A stretch of 64,000 nucleotides of DNA from Actinomycetota bacterium (GTDB taxonomy: Bacteria; Actinomycetota; Thermoleophilia; BMS3ABIN01). Of this stretch, positions 38,336 through 46,982 are shown piece by piece. The notes beneath the pieces were generated by a model. It searched no databases. It had not been told where the DNA came from and saw nothing but the letters and a program-made list of their open reading frames with translations. Numbering within the stretch: the first letter of the stretch is position 1; each line of letters begins with the position of its first letter. The stretch lies in NCBI GenBank assembly GCA_023489275.1, contig JAMDDD010000005.1, forward strand, positions 1,023 through 65,022, in the 5' to 3' direction. The position numbers and the translations under genes were made by a program.

Positions 38336-40219
38336 ATGCAAATCAGTTCAAAATTGCTTCGCACGGCGATTCTCGTTCTGGGGCTGATGGTAGCGCTTGG
38401 GCTTTATCTGAGCCTGAGCCTTGGACGCATCAGCACGGCCAAGGGCGTCGTCAGCGCCTGTAGCGGAACTGACTGGCAGAAAGTCCAATGCTACGCGGAT
38501 AAGTACATCCAGAACCAGTATCCGGGCGCCAGCGTTGGCGAAGGCGAAGGCAGCGTCGCCGCCGCGCAAAGCACGCCCTCGGGTTTCTACGTAAACCAGG
38601 CAACGCTCAAGAGTAAAGTTGACTCTAACGGTGACGGCACCTATCTGGGTGAGGGCGACGACCTGGCCAAGGCGCCGGTTCTGATCGACAACCTGAACCA
38701 GTTTACGACCTTGATTCCAGGCACCACCTTCCGTTGCAACTGGAATGAGAACAGCTGCTTCGAGCCGGGATCGGTGGCCGACGTCAAGACACAGGTGGAT
38801 GACCACGAAGCAGCCACCGGTCAGGTACCGGCTATTGTTGATTACTGCCTGACCGACCACACGGCGGCGCCGACCACCGGCGCCTGGGGCTACATCGCCC
38901 AGACCGGCGGCCTGGCCACCGACGGCTCCATCCCCAAGGTCTACGGCTTTACCTGGGGACGTGACGGCTGGACCAACACGCCGGTTAACAGCGGCTCCAC
39001 CACCACCAACGGCATCTACACGTACTCCAATACGTATCCAGTCACTTCTCCGGCCGCGACTGCTACCTACACGCCACCGTCCACGGTGCCGGGCAGTTGC
39101 ACCAGCGCCGGCGGCGACGCCGACCTGGTCCGCTGCGCGGCTGAGTGGGCCATCAGCCAGGATGCCGGTGAAGGCAACGTTGGCAACGGCCAGAATGTGG
39201 GCGCCACCATGACCGCCGGCCAGGTGGTTGATGTTAGAGCGGATACGCCTGCAAGCACCGTGAACCTGAACGGTTCCCTGGCTGCGAATCAGATCCCGAT
39301 CAACACTATCTTCAACACCGGTCTGGCTAACGTCAATCCGGCGGCAACGAGCGGCGTTCTCATCGCCAGCGGCTCCCAGGGACCGGGCGGCATCGTCGCC
39401 GAGGGTCTCAGGATGCTGGGATACACCACCGCCACCGGCGGCTATATCCATAGCGGCGTGCCGTACTATAACAACACCCTGTCGGTAAGCCAGGGACAGC
39501 CGAACACCGGCACAGCTTACCCGCTCGATGCGGTCACGGCGCAGTGCACCGCTCCCAGCAACGGCTGCAACCAGATCTATGGTACTCAGGATCTGGGCGC
39601 GGAGATGAACACCACCGCGGCGGCGATCAGCAGCTCCAGCGCTACGGACACCGGTGACACGACCGCGACGGTCAGCAGGACGACGAGTCAGCCGGCTACC
39701 ACCAAGATCGATCTGACCGGTTCTGACAGCTCTGCCGTACATGTCAACAACACCATCCTGCACGCCAGCGACACGGAGAACCTGACCGGCCTGCATCCGG
39801 GTGTGACCTATACCGGCACGCTGAGCGTCTACAACAACATGGCGCTGGTTTCCAGCACGCCGATCAGCTTCACGACGAGCGGCATCGCCTGCGCCAAACC
39901 GGCGCTCGGGCTGACGTCACCTCCGCACGCCTACTGGGCCAGCCTGTCCGACTACAGCGCCGGCATCCTGTCGGTTGACTTCACCATCAATAATAGCGCC
40001 GTCAGCCCGAACGCGGTGGGTGTCCAGATCACCGGCAGCGCCAGCAACAACGGCGTCACCGTCAACTCCGGCATACCTTCGGCGGCGACCAACATCGCCT
40101 CTGGCGGCTCGGCTACGGTGACGGTCACGTACCACATTCCCGCGGGCGTCACATGGTTCCACACAAGCCTGACCGTGAGCGCCCAGGATGAATGCGGAAA
40201 CTCGTATACGTATCCCTAG
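38336..40219 (+). CDS. Secreted tandem rhodanese-like protein with an FN3-like domain and the shared C-terminal YWAS..TYP domain
   Basis: GGGAGG RBS and signal peptide. Domain 1 has VLID..IPG..IVDYCLTDHTA..WGRDGW; domain 2 has VVDVR..LRMLGY. LTGLHPGVTY is FN3-like. Confidence 0.7.
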   Translation: MQISSKLLRTAILVLGLMVALGLYLSLSLGRISTAKGVVSACSGTDWQKVQCYADKYIQNQYPGASVGEGEGSVAAAQSTPSGFYVNQATLKSKVDSNGDGTYLGEGDDLAKAPVLIDNLNQFTTLIPGTTFRCNWNENSCFEPGSVADVKTQVDDHEAATGQVPAIVDYCLTDHTAAPTTGAWGYIAQTGGLATDGSIPKVYGFTWGRDGWTNTPVNSGSTTTNGIYTYSNTYPVTSPAATATYTPPSTVPGSCTSAGGDADLVRCAAEWAISQDAGEGNVGNGQNVGATMTAGQVVDVRADTPASTVNLNGSLAANQIPINTIFNTGLANVNPAATSGVLIASGSQGPGGIVAEGLRMLGYTTATGGYIHSGVPYYNNTLSVSQGQPNTGTAYPLDAVTAQCTAPSNGCNQIYGTQDLGAEMNTTAAAISSSSATDTGDTTATVSRTTSQPATTKIDLTGSDSSAVHVNNTILHASDTENLTGLHPGVTYTGTLSVYNNMALVSSTPISFTTSGIACAKPALGLTSPPHAYWASLSDYSAGILSVDFTINNSAVSPNAVGVQITGSASNNGVTVNSGIPSAATNIASGGSATVTVTYHIPAGVTWFHTSLTVSAQDECGNSYTYP

Positions 40220-40271
40220 ACACTGAACCAGGAATATGGCAAATAAGGCAAAGAAAAGAGGAGAAACCGCA

Positions 40272-40397
40272 ATGACCAAAGAAACAATGCGGGAACCCTA
40301 TGCCAAGCCTGAGCTGGTGAAGCACGAGAACCTGAAGGAAATCACCTTCGAGTGCTCGGGCTGGCAGTGTAGCGTAGTGGTTCCGCCGGCGCCTTAA
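40272..40397 (+). CDS. 41-aa RiPP-like precursor peptide, copy 2 (MTKETMREPYAKPELVKHENLKEITFECSGWQCSVVVPPAP)
   Basis: GAGGAG RBS; 34 of 35 residues identical to copy 1 from R7 onward. An alternative in-frame ATG exists at 40236. Confidence 0.85.
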   Translation: MTKETMREPYAKPELVKHENLKEITFECSGWQCSVVVPPAP

Positions 40398-40443
40398 AGG
40401 CGAAACAAAGAAAGAAGGGCGCAGCTCGCTGCGTCTTTAAGGA

Positions 40444-40473
40444 GAGAGGGCGGCCCGTACGGGCCGCCCTCTC
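40444..40473 (+). terminator. 30-bp perfect palindrome after peptide 2
   Basis: GAGAGGGCGGCCC-GTAC-GGGCCGCCCTCTC. Confidence 0.65.
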
Positions 40474-40961
40474 GCTGCGTTAGCCTCCACCGATCAAGCA
40501 ATCATCCAATTTTACCGAGGATTCCGCTCCGCTCTTGATTTTCGGATTTTGAACCTTGCGCTTGTTAACTTTGGACTTAAAAAGCGGGGACGCACGCCGC
40601 GCCCCCGCCAAGAAGAAGCGGCAATTGCCTCCTCTTCATGGAAACCGGTTGGCAGGAATATCAGGCGCATCGCGAAACACCCCAAATAGTCATTACCACG
40701 GCTTCCAAACATAAAAACAGATATTGAATAGCAAAACCCGGTTTCTAACCAGCCTGATCGAGAAACCTTGACCGCTACCAACAATGTTCTCGCGGGTGCT
40801 GCCCTTCATGGAAAGCCCCTTGGGGGAATACCCTTAGCCCATATTATGAGAAACTCTTCGGCAGAAGACGGTAAAATCTGTAGCGGCGGGGTCCCGGGCA
40901 ATTTTACTTGACGGCCGGCAAAGGGTACCCTTTAATCAGGTTCGTTATTCCAGGAGAAAGC

Positions 40962-41608
40962 TTGCAGCACATCATCGGCCCGCTCATAAATCTGGCCACG
41001 GATACAATCGGCCCGTACGGCGTCATCGCCGTTTTTCTTCTGATGGCGCTTGAGAGCGCCTGCATCCCCATTCCCAGCGAAGTCATCATGCTTCTGGGCG
41101 GCTTCCAGGTTGCCCAGGGCAAAATGACGCTTCTGGAGGTGACGGCCGCGGGCGTCACCGGTAACATGGCCGGTTCCTGGCTGGCTTACGCGGCCGGCCG
41201 GTATGGCGGCCGCGGCGCGCTCGAGCGATATGGCAAGTATATCTTTTTATCAAGTGAAAAACTCGATATGGCGGACAAATGGTGGGCAAGATACGGCAGT
41301 CCGGCGGTATTTTTCTCGCGGATGCTGCCGATCATCCGCACGTTCATTTCGCTGCCGGCGGGAATTGGACGGATGCCTTTTGCCCGTTTTCCGCTTATAC
41401 CGTGGCCGGCTCGATCCCCTGGTCGCTGATGCTGGCGTTTGTCGGTTATAAAGTAGGCGAGAACTGGCAAAGCATCTACGACAAGCTGCATCTGCTTGAC
41501 TACCCCGTTCTGGCCGCGGTAGTCCTTGCTTTATTTTATGCGATCTGGCGCCGGCGCCGCCGCCAGCAGGCCGCCGTTGCCGCTGTCAAAAACGGTCCCG
41601 AAAAATAG
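40962..41608 (+). pseudogene. dedA: DedA family membrane protein with a frameshift (pseudogene or sequencing error)
   Basis: ESACIPIPSE and RMLPIIRTFISLPAG are in one frame; the continuation SAYTVAGSIPW is in another. Adding one T to the T4 run at 41387-41390 restores the frame. Confidence 0.75.
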
Positions 41609-41647
41609 AATTATGGGCAGCCTCTGCCGGAAACCCGCGCCAACCAG

Positions 41648-42547
41648 GTGGCTCCCAAGCAGATGAAGGGCCTCTCTCCCCTGAAACGGCTGCGGCTCAG
41701 CGGCATCGTTCCGGATCGTTCACTGGGACAGAATTTTCTGATTGACGCGAATATTCTGGGCGTAATCGAACGGATGGCGTCACTGAATGCAGCGGACACC
41801 GTCCTTGAGGTCGGACCGGGCGCCGGCGTGCTTACCGAGCTACTGGCCAGGCGCTCCGGGCACGTCCATGCGGTTGAGGTCGACCGGCGGCTGGCGGCGC
41901 TGCTGGAGCAGGAATTTTCCGGCGCCGCGAATTTCAGCCTGCATCAGGTCGACGCGATGAAGCTGCCGTTCGGAGAGCTGCTGCCGCCACCGACCAAGTT
42001 TGTCTCCAATCTGCCATACAGTGTGGCTGCGCCGCTGGTAATGAAGAGCCTGGAAGAAGCTCCGGCCGTCCACCTGTGGTGCCTGATGGTGCAGAAGGAG
42101 ATCGGCAACCGTTTGTTTGCCGCTCCGGGACTGGCCGCGTATGGAAGCATCTCGGTGATAATCCAGCTGTTTACGGAAAAAAAATCCGCGCGGGCGGTGC
42201 CCCGGACCGTTTTCTATCCGCAGCCGCGGGTAAGATCGGTTCTGGTTTCATTCGTCCGCCGGCAAGGCGCGGAGCCTTCACTGGAGGAGTTGCCGCTGAT
42301 AAAACAGGTGGCGCAGGCCGCCTTCCGGCACCGGCGGAAAACTCTGGTAAACAGCCTTGCTGATGCTCCGGCAGAGTCGCTCCCCCCGGCCCTTGGCCGG
42401 CTTGATGTCCGAGGCCGGAAACAGCTGACACTGGATCTTCTGTCCCGGATGGGACTCGAGTCCGGCATCAGGCCGCAGATGCTGTCGCCGGCACAGTTCT
42501 GGCGGCTGGCCCGATTTCTGGAGGACGCTCGTGACAGCGGGCCATGA
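41648..42547 (+). CDS. rsmA: 16S rRNA dimethyladenosine transferase
   Basis: LGQNFL, EVGPGAG, SNLPY and MVQKE motifs. Confidence 0.93.
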   Translation: MAPKQMKGLSPLKRLRLSGIVPDRSLGQNFLIDANILGVIERMASLNAADTVLEVGPGAGVLTELLARRSGHVHAVEVDRRLAALLEQEFSGAANFSLHQVDAMKLPFGELLPPPTKFVSNLPYSVAAPLVMKSLEEAPAVHLWCLMVQKEIGNRLFAAPGLAAYGSISVIIQLFTEKKSARAVPRTVFYPQPRVRSVLVSFVRRQGAEPSLEELPLIKQVAQAAFRHRRKTLVNSLADAPAESLPPALGRLDVRGRKQLTLDLLSRMGLESGIRPQMLSPAQFWRLARFLEDARDSGP

Positions 42548-43418
42548 TCGTCCTGAATCCAGGGACTGGGCAGAAGCGCGGGCTCCGGCCAAGATTAACC
42601 TGTTTCTCTTTGCCGGTCCCCGTCGTGGCGATGGCTACCATCCGGTCTTCTCCCTGATGGAGGAGGTCAGCCTCTACGATGTCCTCCGTGTTCGCCGGGC
42701 CAAACCCGGCAGCGGCGCCTCACTGACCGGGATGGATATTCCTGCCGCCGAGAATATCGTGATAAAGGCGGCGCGGCTGCTTTCCAGGGAAGCAGGTGTG
42801 TCCCTGGATGTGGAGATCGAAATTGTCAAGCGGATACCGGTGGCAGCCGGGCTCGGCGGCGGCAGCTCCGATGCCGCCGCGGCCTTGAAGCTGCTCGCGG
42901 GGGTATCCGGTCTGAATATCAGCGGCCGGGACCTGGCGCGAGTGGCGCTGGCTGTTGGCGCCGACGTGCCTTTTTTTCTGACGCGGGGACCACAGCTGGC
43001 CAGCGGCGCCGGTGAGATCCTTGAAGGAACCGGCGTCCCCGAACATTTTCTGGTGCTGGTGACGCCGGATTGCCGGCTGGCGTCGGGGAAGGTTTATGGA
43101 AGGTTCGACGAGACGGGCGGCGGCAGCGATCTGGCCGCGCATGAGAGCAGGCTGCGACATGAACTCCATAAGGCCGCTGGTTCAGGCGGCATTGCCTCCC
43201 TGCTTCACAATGATCTGGAACCGGCGGCAGTTTCGCTCTGCCAGGAGATCGTTACCGCCCGGCGGGAGCTTCTCGCCTGCGGCGCCGCCGGAGCGCTCGT
43301 CAGCGGCAGCGGCCCGACGGTTTTCGGGATCTTCCCCGACCAGAAAAGCGCGGATGCAGCCGCAGAAAAGCTACGCCTTGATTTCCCGCAAGTCTGGGCA
43401 CTGCGGCCGGTCAATTAG
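42531..43418 (+). CDS. ispE: 4-diphosphocytidyl-2C-methyl-D-erythritol kinase
   Basis: APAKINL, IPVAAGLGGGSSDAA, GADVPF and SGSGPT motifs. Confidence 0.93.
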   Translation: MTAGHDRPESRDWAEARAPAKINLFLFAGPRRGDGYHPVFSLMEEVSLYDVLRVRRAKPGSGASLTGMDIPAAENIVIKAARLLSREAGVSLDVEIEIVKRIPVAAGLGGGSSDAAAALKLLAGVSGLNISGRDLARVALAVGADVPFFLTRGPQLASGAGEILEGTGVPEHFLVLVTPDCRLASGKVYGRFDETGGGSDLAAHESRLRHELHKAAGSGGIASLLHNDLEPAAVSLCQEIVTARRELLACGAAGALVSGSGPTVFGIFPDQKSADAAAEKLRLDFPQVWALRPVN

Positions 43419-43749
43419 AAACGGTTAAAAGTTCTCCCGGATGCCGAAGTTTCGGTTCCCTTTTTCCGGTTATAGATTCCTCAGGGAATTTCTTGCCTTG
43501 CTTTCGGCGTTTTCCCCGATTCTCTTATTTTAACCGCCGGGTAAAATATTCGCAGGCTTTTTCACGCGCGAGAAGCCCGGGCAGAAATTTTTTAAAGTTG
43601 GGTACCCCCACCCTGGCGGGCAAGGCCAGTCAGAACCGGCAGGATCGGCTGGCTTTGCCCGCCGCCCGCGCTTTAGCTGCCTGTTTTTTTACATTTTATG
43701 TAGCGTGGGGCCAGCCTTAAAAATTCGGGCCGGGGGAAGGAGGAAGAAA

Positions 43750-44361
43750 ATGAGCAGCACCGGTTTCCTGAATACGGTCAAGAAAAAAGGCGGATACAGC
43801 CTCGAACGGGAGGCCCGGCAGGCGGCCAACTCCGTTTTTGCTACCATCAAATCCTGGCTGGCTCCGGCAGCTTCCGAAGCGATGAGGAAGACGCTGCCCG
43901 AGGAAGTCTCCCAGATCTGGAGCTATGCTCCGATTGGATTTCGCGCCGGCCCGGCAAGGACCGCTGACGCGGCTTTGGGCCCTCGGCATTTCATTCTCAG
44001 GGTGCAGCAGGCGGGCAGGTACGAGAGCTACCGTGACGCCCGCACTGCGGTTGAATCGGTCATGGAAGCATTAAGCAAGACAATACCGTCTGAGTCTGCC
44101 AAATTTCTGAGCCGGATGGTCTCCCGCGAGCTTACCTCCGTCTCCGCCGCCGGCAAAGGGCGGGCAGCCACACTGTATGGCGGCAGCAACATCGCCAACG
44201 TGATTTCTGATTTCAGTTCCTGGAAAAGTCCGCCGGCTGTCTTTTCTTTTCATGCCCTGGATCCAGAATCCAGAATCCGCTTTATGATATACTCTTTCGG
44301 CCTTCGCTGGCTGCCCATGGGGCGTAGCCAAGTGGTAAGGCAACGGGTTTTGGTCCCGTGA
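43750..44361 (+). CDS. DUF2267-like protein; 3' end doubtful because it runs into the tRNA
   Basis: Two F...V....g....eA..a..sV..aL repeats after an AGGAGG RBS. Confidence 0.5.
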   Translation: MSSTGFLNTVKKKGGYSLEREARQAANSVFATIKSWLAPAASEAMRKTLPEEVSQIWSYAPIGFRAGPARTADAALGPRHFILRVQQAGRYESYRDARTAVESVMEALSKTIPSESAKFLSRMVSRELTSVSAAGKGRAATLYGGSNIANVISDFSSWKSPPAVFSFHALDPESRIRFMIYSFGLRWLPMGRSQVVRQRVLVP

Positions 44362-44392
44362 TTCGGAGGTTCGAATCCTCCCGCCCCAGCCA
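44318..44392 (+). tRNA. tRNA-Gln(TTG)
   Basis: TGGGGCGTAGCCAAGTGGTAAGGCAACGGGTTTTGGTCCCGTGATTCGGAGGTTCGAATCCTCCCGCCCCAGCCA; the usual position upstream of glmU. Confidence 0.95.
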
Positions 44393-44494
44393 GCAAGCAT
44401 CAGATTCTGGACAATATCGCTGCTTTCGGGATCTTCTGCCTTGCCGGAGAGCATCGTTTGCCAAAGGAATCCCGAGCGAGAACCCCGGAGCGAA

Positions 44495-45910
44495 ATGCAG
44501 TTTTCACCAGCTGAAGAAGCGCGTCGCCGGCTGGCCGTTGTCGTCCTCGCGGCAGGTCTGGGCACGCGGATGAAATCAAAGCGGCCCAAGGTGCTCCATG
44601 ATGTGTGCGGGCGCCCGATGATTGCCTGGGTAGGTGACGCCGCCGGCGCCTTGTCACCGGACCGGATGCTCATTGTGCTCGCCCCGCAAGCCGCCGATGA
44701 TGTCCACCAGGTTCTGTCTCAGAACGTGGAGGTTGCCATCCAGGAGCGGCAACTGGGAACAGGAGACGCAGTCCGGGCGGCAAAAAGGCCGCTGGAGGGT
44801 TTTGACGGCGATATTCTGGTGATGTATGGCGACACGCCCCTGATTACCAGCGAAGAGCTTCAGGGATTGCTTCAGGCGCACCGGGCGCACGGACCCGCCT
44901 GCACGCTGATGACGGTGGTCGTTGGCGACCCGTTTAATTACGGCCGGGTGTGTCGCGACGCTGACAGCCGCGTGACTCGCATCGTCGAGGATCGCGACGC
45001 CAGTGAAGAAGAGAAAAAAATTTGCGAGATTAACGCCGGCGTTTACATCTTTGAGTCGGGGGCGTTATGGGAGGCTCTTTCCGATGTTGGCAGCGAGAAC
45101 GCCCAGGGAGAAATCTATCTGACAGACGTGATCGGGATACTTGCTTCCCGGGGCCAGGCCGTGATGGCGCACGAGGTCGCAGATCCGGCCGTCACGATCG
45201 GGGTAAACTCCCGCGGTGAGCTTGCCGAGGCAGCCGGGATGATGCGCGCGCGCATTCTCGATCATCATATGCGGCAGGGAGTCACGGTGATCGATCCCGC
45301 CTCGACTTATGTGGATGCGGAGGTGAAGATCGGCCGCGACACGGTGCTCGAGCCGATGACGGTGCTGGCCGGCACTACCCAGATAGGGGAAGATTGCGTG
45401 ATCGGGCCTTCCAGCCGCGTCGTTGACGCCGTGATCGATGACGGTGTGACGCTGGTTTCGTCTTATGTGTTTCAGGCGGAGATCGGCAGCGGCTGTACCA
45501 TTGGTCCCTTTGCGTATCTCAGGCCCGGCGCCCGGATTTTACCGGGAGCCAAGGCGGGGACTTTCGTGGAGATCAAGAACGCCGTCGTGCATGAAGGTTC
45601 GAAAGTGCCTCATCTGAGCTATATTGGCGACGCCGAGATCGGCGCCGGGACCAATATTGGGGCGGGCAACATCACCGCCAACTATGATGGCAGGAGCAAG
45701 TCGCGAACAGTTATCGGCGCCAGCGTCCATACCGGCGCCGACACGGTGTTCGTCGCTCCGGTCAGCATTGGAGACGGCGCCGTGACCGGGGCCGGATCGG
45801 TGATCACCAGGGACGTTCCCCCGGGAGCGCTGGGCATCTCGCGCCCCGAGCAACGGAACATCGAGGGGTACGCCAGAAAAAAATTTGCACCTAAGGAGGA
45901 AAACGAGTGA
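44495..45910 (+). CDS. glmU: Bifunctional UDP-GlcNAc pyrophosphorylase/acetyltransferase
   Basis: LAAGLGTRMKS, QLGTG, YGDTP, NAQGEIYLTD, GPFAYLRP and HLSYIGD motifs. Confidence 0.95.
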   Translation: MQFSPAEEARRRLAVVVLAAGLGTRMKSKRPKVLHDVCGRPMIAWVGDAAGALSPDRMLIVLAPQAADDVHQVLSQNVEVAIQERQLGTGDAVRAAKRPLEGFDGDILVMYGDTPLITSEELQGLLQAHRAHGPACTLMTVVVGDPFNYGRVCRDADSRVTRIVEDRDASEEEKKICEINAGVYIFESGALWEALSDVGSENAQGEIYLTDVIGILASRGQAVMAHEVADPAVTIGVNSRGELAEAAGMMRARILDHHMRQGVTVIDPASTYVDAEVKIGRDTVLEPMTVLAGTTQIGEDCVIGPSSRVVDAVIDDGVTLVSSYVFQAEIGSGCTIGPFAYLRPGARILPGAKAGTFVEIKNAVVHEGSKVPHLSYIGDAEIGAGTNIGAGNITANYDGRSKSRTVIGASVHTGADTVFVAPVSIGDGAVTGAGSVITRDVPPGALGISRPEQRNIEGYARKKFAPKEENE

Positions 45911-46902
45911 CTCCGAGCAGCATTCAGGCACAGAAAAGCAAGCGCCTGATGGTCTTCTGCGGCCGCAGCGTTCCCGGGCTGGGGGAGAAAATAGCGGAAA
46001 CCCTTCATATCAAGCTTGGCGACATTGAAAACAAGACCTTCAGTAACGGCGAGATATATGTCCGGTACCGGGAGAACATCCGCGGCAGCGATGTTTTCCT
46101 GATCCAGTCCACGAGCGACCCCGTCAATGAAAACCTGATGGAGTTACTGATTATGATCCAGGCGGCGCGGCTGGCCTCGGCGCGGCGGATTACGGCAGTC
46201 ATGCCGTGGATGGGATATTGCCGCCAGGACAAGAAATCCGCCGGCCGTGAGCCAATTAGCGCCAAGCTGGTCGCGGATTTGCTGCAGGTGGCGGGGGCCG
46301 ACCGGGTTCTGACCATGGATTTACACCAGGGCCAGGTACAGGGATTTTTTAATATCCCGGTCGATCACATGACGGCGTTGTCGATTATCTCCGGCTACTT
46401 CCGGCTCAAGCAGATACCGGAAGAGGAAATCGTTGTCGTTTCTCCGGATGTCGGCGGCGTCAAGCGGGCCAAGAAGTTTGCCGAGAAGCTTGGCCCCAAG
46501 GTGGATCTGGCTATTCTGACAAAGACAAGGCCGGAGCATAATGTGGCTGAGATCATGGCGGTTATCGGCGATGTCAAAGACAAGGTCGCCATTATGGTCG
46601 ACGACATGATCGACACCGCCGGCACCATGAAGGCGGGAGCGGAAACGCTGACCGGCATGGGCGCGCGGGAGGTCTATTCAGCATGTACCCATGCCGTGCT
46701 GTCCGGCGCCGCCTACGAGCGGCTGGAAGATTCGCCGATCAAGGAAGTGGTGGTTACCGATACGCTGCCGCTGAATCCGGAGAAAAGCGCCGGCAAGATC
46801 AGGGTGCTGTCGACGGCATCGACACTCGCTGACACGATCCAGTCGGTATTTCTGGACGAATCGGTGAGCCGGCTGTTCGAGGGCGATGACCAGCTGTTTT
46901 AG
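45907..46902 (+). CDS. prs: Ribose-phosphate pyrophosphokinase
   Basis: FSNGE, RQDKK, DLH, VSPDVGG and VDDMIDTAGT motifs. Confidence 0.95.
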   Translation: MTPSSIQAQKSKRLMVFCGRSVPGLGEKIAETLHIKLGDIENKTFSNGEIYVRYRENIRGSDVFLIQSTSDPVNENLMELLIMIQAARLASARRITAVMPWMGYCRQDKKSAGREPISAKLVADLLQVAGADRVLTMDLHQGQVQGFFNIPVDHMTALSIISGYFRLKQIPEEEIVVVSPDVGGVKRAKKFAEKLGPKVDLAILTKTRPEHNVAEIMAVIGDVKDKVAIMVDDMIDTAGTMKAGAETLTGMGAREVYSACTHAVLSGAAYERLEDSPIKEVVVTDTLPLNPEKSAGKIRVLSTASTLADTIQSVFLDESVSRLFEGDDQLF

Positions 46903-46982
46903 TTCAAAGTTCAAAGTTAAAAAAGCCGGGGCTGGCTGCAACTTTGAACCTGGAACTCGGAACTACATGAATTGAGGTTTCA

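Noticed and set aside
38348-39796. 482-aa minus-strand ORF and other long antisense ORFs (for example 61228-62493, 26631-27662, 50002-51039)
   Set aside because: These are shadows of well-supported genes in GC-rich DNA and have no recognisable motifs.
36202-40397. Calling the locus a canonical lasso peptide cluster
   Set aside because: The predicted core has no acceptor Asp/Glu at positions 7-9, and no cyclase, B1 or B2 gene is in the window.
40500-40900. Possible ncRNA or small ORF in the gap before dedA
   Set aside because: No recognisable structure, RBS-supported ORF or motif was found.
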